Shown piece by piece: positions 8,032-13,779 of a DNA stretch of 13,779 nucleotides. Position 1 is the stretch's first letter; each line of letters starts with the position of its first letter. A model generated the notes under the pieces. The model was given only the letters and a program-made list of their open reading frames with translations, had not been told where the DNA came from and made no database searches. Source of the stretch: an uncultured archaeon (GTDB taxonomy: Archaea; Asgardarchaeota; Lokiarchaeia; Sigyniarchaeales; SOKP01); the NCBI GenBank assembly GCA_964525635.1, contig CAZGJX010000103.1:1-13779 (forward strand), written 5' to 3'. Made by a program: the position numbers and the translations under genes.

Positions 8032-8106
8032 TTATAGTCCTTTCTTTTGAAAAACAGTTATTTTGTATCCAATTTCCATTAAAAAAATCTCCTTTTCTAT
8101 GAAAAA
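8032..8106 (+). repeat. Dispersed site copy 5 (degenerate type A)
   Basis: TTATAGTCCTTT-CTTTTGAAAAA-CAGTTA(8055-8060)-TTTTGTATCCA-ATTTCCATTAAAAAAATCTCC-TTTTCTATGAAAAA. Same register as copies 1 and 3. Confidence 0.8.
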
Positions 8107-8637
8107 TACTTTTTACATAGATAATATTATAAAAACTCAATAATTTTTTGCTTTATTATTACTCTAATTATTATTCAAATTTACCAAATAAATTATAATC
8201 TTATAGTTGAGATATCTAATAAATTTATATTATATCCTTCAATCTTAGCACCTGAGAAATCAATAATGAATGGTTCAATAAGAAATCATTGTGATTAATA
8301 TGAATAATTAAAATTTGATTGAAAATTTAAACTTAGAAATGATTAAAGAAGGATAGATGAACAATAATAGTAAACTATTTATTTATATTAACGATTTTCT
8401 AATTTCCGAATTAATCTATAAAATATTATATTAAATAATTACTTTTTTTATTGTTCTTTTTTGAAAAGTAATGTAAAGAATTCAAGAATATCTGAAATAT
8501 TAATACAAGTAGGGATATAATGGAAAATTAATCGATATTATTATTTTAAAAATATTATCGATTATATAAATATAAAAAAGAATACTATAATTAGAATAAA
8601 TTTTTACAGAGATCTTATATTAATTGAGATTGAATGA

Positions 8638-9660
8638 TTATTCATTAGTAGTATATATAAAGTTTCTTTCTCCAAGTATTTCATCGATCTCTTTCATTTG
8701 ATTGGTAGTTAAAGGTTCAAATTCCATTGCTAAAATATTTTCTTCAACTTGTTTTTCTGATTTAAATCCAGGTATGGGAATTGTATTTTCACTTCCTGCC
8801 CATATCCAAGCTAAAGCTCCTTGTACCATTGAACGTCCTTCACTTCTAAGTATTTCTCTAATTTTTTCCCTTTTTTCTAGCCAATCTGGATTAGGCTTTC
8901 CGTCCTTGAAATAATTATAATAATCAGGTGCATTTTTTTTGCTTCTATTATCATTCTCTGGAATCACTGAATTTGCAAAATATTTATCTGAAAGAAGTCC
9001 CATTGCTAATGGTGATCGATTAATACTCGCTAGATTTTTTTTTTCACATAGTTCAATTATTTCATTCATATTATGAAGAACATTTGATTCATGTTCAATT
9101 GCTACAGAATTTGAATTTTTTACAAAATATTCAGATAAATCATAAAGATCAGTGCTCCAACCATATGATCTTATTAATCCTTCATCAATTAATCCTTCTA
9201 GGGTATCTCTAATAGGAATTAAATCTTCTTTTGAAACTGACCAAGCATGTAGCCAATATAGATCAATATAATCTGTATTTAACCGTTGTAAAGATGATTC
9301 ACATGCCTTTTTAATATAATTTAGACTAATATTTACATTCCCACTTGCTATCTTAGTTTCCATATCAAATGTATATCCAAATTTAGTTGCAATAATAATA
9401 TGATCTCTATACTCTTCAAGAGCTTTACCAAGAACTTCTTCACTATGACCTGCACCATAGACATCCGCAGTATCAAAAAAATTAATTCCTAAATCTATAG
9501 CACGCTCGATTGCTTTAATTGATTCTTTATCATTTACTTAACCATAACTACTTTCTCTTCCTTGAAAAATAAATGGTCCTCCAATTGGCCAATAACCTAA
9601 ACCCATTGCACTTACTTTAATATCTGATTGACCTAGGATTCTTTTATTAATTTTTGGCAT
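8638..9660 (-). pseudogene. Aldo/keto reductase interrupted by one in-frame TAA
   Basis: From ATG 9660: MPKINKRILGQSDIKVSAMGLGYWPIGGP..SSYG*VNDKES..GINFFDTADVYGAGHSEEVLGKAL..IIATKFG. This is in frame with the track ORF 8638-9363 (SLQRLNTDYIDLYWLH, SPLAMGLL, PIPG). The stop is codon 41, at 9538-9540. Confidence 0.88.
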
Positions 9661-9973
9661 AATTTCTAACCTTTTTTCTATTTAAAATATTGTTATTAAT
9701 AGGTTTAATTATCAACTATTAGTTATTTCTAAATTCTTGAGTTTATAAGTTATTAATTTTTTAAATTTTTTTTTTAAATATATTATCCATTAATTTCCGA
9801 CAAATCTTCTATACTACTATTCTTGATCTTTCCAATACTATTGTCAACCTATACTTATTTTTCTTCTTTTTCTTCTCTTAGATGACGATACAGTCTATTA
9901 TGCAATCATGGTCACCAACCATTATCTGGTGAACCAATACTTTATTCAAGTGAAAGAGCTTCATTCCGATAGA

Positions 9974-9981
9974 TTTAAATA
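9974..9981 (+). promoter_or_regulatory. Candidate TATA box for a leaderless transposase transcript
   Basis: TTTAAATA ends 25 bp before ATG 10006, the usual archaeal TATA-to-start spacing for a leaderless mRNA. Confidence 0.5.
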
Positions 9982-10005
9982 CTATTGTGCACCAATATGT
10001 GCATA

Positions 10006-11658
10006 ATGGTATTTTTAGTAAAAAAGGTTGTAAAAGGGAATACTTATCTTTATCTCGAGGAACGAGCCTGGATCAATGGAAAATCTAAAAGATTATGGCA
10101 AAAATATCTCGGTCCTGAAGATAGGATAAAAGAATACTTTGAACCCTTGACAAGACCAGAATATACCATTACGACTCTTGATTTTGGACTCCCACTTGCT
10201 CTAATGCAACTCGTAAAAAGACTCGATCTCATCAAAATAATCAATGATTGCTCAAATAAACGAGCTCAAGGATTATCATTGGGACATTATATCGTGCTGG
10301 CAGCTTTAAATCGTTGCGTGAAACCAACTTCCAAAGTAAAGATCCGCAAGTGGTTTGAAAACACCGTGCTTTTCGAGGAATTCCCCCCGATCGAAACTTA
10401 TTTAGATTCAATGTCTTACACAAACCATTTTAAATATTTAACTCCTGAAATTATTGATAAGATTGAAGTTTGCATTCATAAGAAACTTCTTACGAAATTT
10501 GACGTGGAAATGAAGGCTTTGTTCTACGATCCTACCAATTTTTTTACTTACATCAATCCTAAATTAGACATGGAACTTCCTAATCACGGACACTCCAAGG
10601 ACGGGCGATTCACACTCAATCTCATTGGATTAACTCTTTTTTGCACTCAAGATGGCGGACTTCCCGTGATGCACGAAGTATATCCAGGGAACGTTCAGAA
10701 TGCCCCGCTTTTTAATGACGAATTAAAGCGTATTTTTAAGCGACTTAAACGCATTGGGGCAAGTAATGAAGAATTATGCTTGATATTTGATAAGGGAAAT
10801 ATCTCTCCCAATGCATTTGATCAAATTAATGATTCGGGCATTCATTTTATTTGTTCAATCCGTCCCAGCACACGAAAAGACCTTCTTATGTTGCCTGCGA
10901 GTAAATTTGCTCTTGAAATGCTTCCTAATGGAAAGAAAGTAGGTGTGCTTGAATTTAAACATGAAAAATACGGAAAAAATCATAGACTTTTTGCAGTTTA
11001 CAATCCCAATCAGAGAGAATGGCAAGAAAACAACCTCAAGAAAAAGCTCGAAAAACGGCTCTCAGAAGTGGAAGAGTGGTTTAAAGAGAGGTTAAATACG
11101 AAAAAATGGAGAGAGCCGGAAAATGTTGAGAAAAAAATTCGGGATATCATTAAAAACGATGCATATTTCAATTGGATTAAATACTCAATCTCGGGAGATT
11201 ACGGAAGAGTTAATTATTCTATTGGAATTGATAACGAGGCATTAGAAACTCATTTAGATACGCTCGGCAAGACTTTCATTCTCACTAACCACCCGACAAT
11301 GAGATCTCTTGAAGTGATTTGGTTATTCAGGCAACAATTCACAATAGAACGTGTGTTTTCCTATATTAAATCACCTACAACACTCTCAATTCGACCCCAA
11401 TACTGCCATTCGGACAATAGCATTCGAGGTCATGCCTTCACGTGTATTCTGGGGCTATTACTCCTTACCCTCTTAACGCGAGAGATCCAACGTAAATATA
11501 AAAACATGAGCCTTCCTAAGATCATAGAATTGCTCTCAGAAATCGAGTTAGCAATAATAAAGTATGAGGGCGCGACAAAGAATATTAAAAAAATGGTAGA
11601 AGTCTCGAAAGAAGCTCTAAATTTGTCTAATTTCTTAAGGCTTGAAGAATATATTTGA
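10006..11658 (+). CDS. IS1634-family DDE transposase
   Basis: About 550 aa, likely starting at ATG 10006 (MVFLVKKVVKGNTYLYL..). Motifs LFYDPTNFFTY, GHSKDGR, LIFDKGN and FRQQFTIERVFSYIK..IRP.Y..D..IRGH are characteristic of IS1634. Confidence 0.93.
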   Translation: MVFLVKKVVKGNTYLYLEERAWINGKSKRLWQKYLGPEDRIKEYFEPLTRPEYTITTLDFGLPLALMQLVKRLDLIKIINDCSNKRAQGLSLGHYIVLAALNRCVKPTSKVKIRKWFENTVLFEEFPPIETYLDSMSYTNHFKYLTPEIIDKIEVCIHKKLLTKFDVEMKALFYDPTNFFTYINPKLDMELPNHGHSKDGRFTLNLIGLTLFCTQDGGLPVMHEVYPGNVQNAPLFNDELKRIFKRLKRIGASNEELCLIFDKGNISPNAFDQINDSGIHFICSIRPSTRKDLLMLPASKFALEMLPNGKKVGVLEFKHEKYGKNHRLFAVYNPNQREWQENNLKKKLEKRLSEVEEWFKERLNTKKWREPENVEKKIRDIIKNDAYFNWIKYSISGDYGRVNYSIGIDNEALETHLDTLGKTFILTNHPTMRSLEVIWLFRQQFTIERVFSYIKSPTTLSIRPQYCHSDNSIRGHAFTCILGLLLLTLLTREIQRKYKNMSLPKIIELLSEIELAIIKYEGATKNIKKMVEVSKEALNLSNFLRLEEYI

Positions 11659-12326
11659 TATAAATATTGTATGGTCACTAACTTTTTTATTACACCTTTA
11701 GAGAATCCCATCTTTTATAGTTACAGAACAAAAAAGTTTTGAATGAGTGATAACTTATAAACTCAAGAAATTAAATAAATATTTAAATTTTATCCTTCGA
11801 ATATTCCATATCATTGATTGAGGTTTGAATAATTTGATTATATGCTGAATTTAACTTAAGATATTTAATTTTAGAGTCAAAATTTTTTCTAATTATACTA
11901 TTTTTTTTTAGATATTATATAATAATCATTTTGATAAAATTCGATATAAAAAACTATCCATTTTATCTATTTTCGAATTTATAAGTTTTGATATTGTATA
12001 ATAGTTAATTCACTTTTTTTAAAAAAAAAAAAATAATGTTTATTATTTTCCCTTGATGTATTTAAATTTTTATCATGATTTTCAATTAATGAAAGGATTT
12101 TTTTAGTTATTACTAACTAATATTAATCTATTATATACTTAGTGAAAGGATAGAAAGTTTTTATTAATAAAAATCACACAAAAATTCTGTTTTGTACCAT
12201 CGTTTTGTTAAAATATCTTTTATTCCTTGAAAATGACTTTTATCTATATATAAGGCTACTTTTTTAATGATAATTCTTTTATAATATTAAGAATAAATTA
12301 TTTTAAATAAGATAGAATAAATATTC

Positions 12327-13187
12327 ATGAAATCGATAGATATAGAAAAAAACCATAAGAACTTCTTAATTTCTTTTAAACAAAATTATCCATGCAAAGA
12401 ATTAGAAATTAAAGATAAAAAATGGCTATATGTAGATTCTGGAACTAATGGACCTCTTTTAGTGTTATTACATGGTGGTTTTTCTAATTCATACTTTTTC
12501 TTCCATCAAATTCCACTATTTGAAAAAAAATATAATATTATCGCCCCAACAATTCCTGAAGGATTAAATAATTTGAAAGATATTGTTGAATCTCTCAAAG
12601 AATTAATTATTTTAGAAAATAAAAATAAATCTCCGATTTCTTTCTTAGGTATTTCTTTTGGAGGAATAATAGCCCAAGTTTTTCTTCATCATTATCCAAA
12701 AATGTTGGACAAAGTCATATTATCACATACAGGAATACCTCAAAATTGGCGGCAAAAAAAATTCCTTTTTATGTATTGTATATATAAAATACTTCCTTAT
12801 TCATTAATTAGGAGATTTGCTAAAAAAATAGCAATAAAAAAAGATTCTACCATCACTTCAAAATGGACTATCGCTAATTCACAATATTTTGCTGAATTAG
12901 GAGAAGACTATCTCTCTAAAAAATTATTCTTATCAAGATTTCAAGGAATTCTTGATTTTAAAAAATATGAATTAGATCCTCTCATTATGAAGAAATGGAA
13001 TGGTAAAATCTTAATTTTAGCTTCAGAAGATGATCGATTGGTTTATCAAGTACCTCTTATGAAATCATATTATAAAGAAGCTATTGTTCATGTGTTCCAA
13101 AAAGGAAAAGGTGGGCACCATACTAACTTATATTTTCCTGAAGATTACAATACAAGAGTAAAAACTTTTTTAGAGAAAAATAAATAG
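12327..13187 (+). CDS. Alpha/beta-fold hydrolase
   Basis: LVLLHGG oxyanion motif, GISFGG nucleophile elbow, ILASEDD acid residue and GGHH catalytic His region. Confidence 0.9.
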   Translation: MKSIDIEKNHKNFLISFKQNYPCKELEIKDKKWLYVDSGTNGPLLVLLHGGFSNSYFFFHQIPLFEKKYNIIAPTIPEGLNNLKDIVESLKELIILENKNKSPISFLGISFGGIIAQVFLHHYPKMLDKVILSHTGIPQNWRQKKFLFMYCIYKILPYSLIRRFAKKIAIKKDSTITSKWTIANSQYFAELGEDYLSKKLFLSRFQGILDFKKYELDPLIMKKWNGKILILASEDDRLVYQVPLMKSYYKEAIVHVFQKGKGGHHTNLYFPEDYNTRVKTFLEKNK

Positions 13188-13489
13188 TATATTAGTCTAA
13201 TATAATTAAATCTCTGATATTTTTTTTATTATTAAATCATGGAGATTATAGATTATATTACATTATTCTTAATCAAATTAAATATCATTTCAAGTATTTA
13301 TTATTTTATGTTTTAAATAATAGTTTAGATATATTAAAGTTTCTAATATATATTGACTTGCCTAATTTTAATATATCAATAAAAATATTTACTTGATTAT
13401 ATTTTATCTTTATAGAACTTATTGATCTGATTTCTACCTGTATTATACTTTATAACCAATTATTCTTTTAAAAACCTTTTTATCCTTAT

Positions 13490-13542
13490 ACAGTTATTTT
13501 GCATCCATTTTCCATTAAAATATTTTCATTTTCCATGGAAAA
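13490..13542 (+). repeat. Dispersed site copy 6 (type A right half only; left arm replaced)
   Basis: ..TATCCTTATA-CAGTTA(13491-13496)-TTTTGCATCCA-TTTTCCATTAAAATATTTTCA-TTTTCCATGGAAAA(13529-13542). Confidence 0.88.
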
Positions 13543-13613
13543 TAAATTAAAACAATGTTAAAATTCAAATAGAGACACTTCAATTCCACTTATTGGAAGA
13601 ATCTATTCCATTA

Positions 13614-13779
13614 TTAATGATTATTAATGGGATCAATCCTATTTAGAAGTTTAATTTTATCAAAATCTTTGTCATGAGAGTAAATATTTTTAATATTATG
13701 TTCCAAAAGACTAGCTGCAATTAATGAATCTCTTCCACCAGTATTATATTCCTCAGAAATATTAAAAGCAAATAATATT
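13614..13779 (-). CDS. vapC: C-terminal part of a second VapC/PIN-domain toxin; 5' end lies outside the window
   Basis: Manual translation ILFAFNISEEYNTGGRDSLIAASLLEHNIKNIYSHDKDFDKIKLLNRIDPINNH* shows the PIN C-terminal motifs D.LIAA and IYS.D.DF. Stop at 13614-13616. Confidence 0.85.
   Translation of the reverse strand, partial: ILFAFNISEEYNTGGRDSLIAASLLEHNIKNIYSHDKDFDKIKLLNRIDPINNH

Larger units (their letters stand above)
9736..11767 (+). mobile_element. Intact IS1634-family insertion sequence (2032 bp)
   Basis: Perfect 18-bp TIRs CTTGAGTTTATAAGTTAT (9736-9753) and ATAACTTATAAACTCAAG (11750-11767). 5-bp TSD AAATT at 9731-9735 and 11768-11772. One transposase ORF, visibly more GC-rich than the flanks. 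Confidence 0.93.

Noticed and set aside
8702-8914. 70-aa plus-strand ORF
   Set aside because: Antisense shadow of the aldo/keto reductase.
9538-9540. In-frame stop in the AKR as recoding (Sec, Pyl or alternative code)
   Set aside because: The codon is TAA, which serves as a normal stop in neighbouring genes. A nonsense mutation or sequencing error is simpler.
10050-11711. Three short minus-strand ORFs (10050-10244, 10241-10423, 11430-11711)
   Set aside because: Antisense shadows of the IS1634 transposase.
12014-12033. T7-A13 run as a hairpin or terminator
   Set aside because: Low-complexity sequence lying between divergent genes, where a terminator is not expected.
2048-13542. The dispersed repeat as a CRISPR array or as canonical integron attC sites
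   Set aside because: Spacing is 0.5-5.4 kb with genes in between, so it is not CRISPR. There are no RYYYAAC...GTTRRRY ends enclosing one long imperfect hairpin on either strand, cargo genes face both ways, and no intI is visible.

Overview
This is a very AT-rich accessory region. The host is probably an archaeon, and Lokiarchaeia/Asgard is my inference from TTTAAATA TATA boxes, a DUF217-type VapB, and a C-terminally anchored surface protein. Left to right it holds: the 5' part of a secreted modular GH5 glycosidase (minus strand, missing from the ORF track); a VapBC pair; a 3' remnant of an IS1-family element; a small Cys-rich two-CW protein; a membrane-anchored protein; a 5' remnant of the same IS1 family; a CPBP/CAAX protease plus a membrane protein; a gene-less structured segment ending in a tRNA/tmRNA-like 3' end; an aldo/keto reductase pseudogene; an intact IS1634 element (18-bp TIRs, 5-bp TSD); an alpha/beta hydrolase; and the 3' end of a second VapC. 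The main unexplained signal is six co-oriented copies of a ~75-bp intergenic site that divide the cargo into modules. Each has an invariant ACAGTTATTT core. The best copies form a dif-like inverted-arm/6-bp-spacer structure (TGCAAAA-CAGTTA-TTTTGCA) followed by phased TTTTCCAT motifs that end in the palindrome TTTTCCATGGAAAA. This suggests a non-attC, integron-like or pdif-like cassette array. No cognate recombinase is visible in the window.
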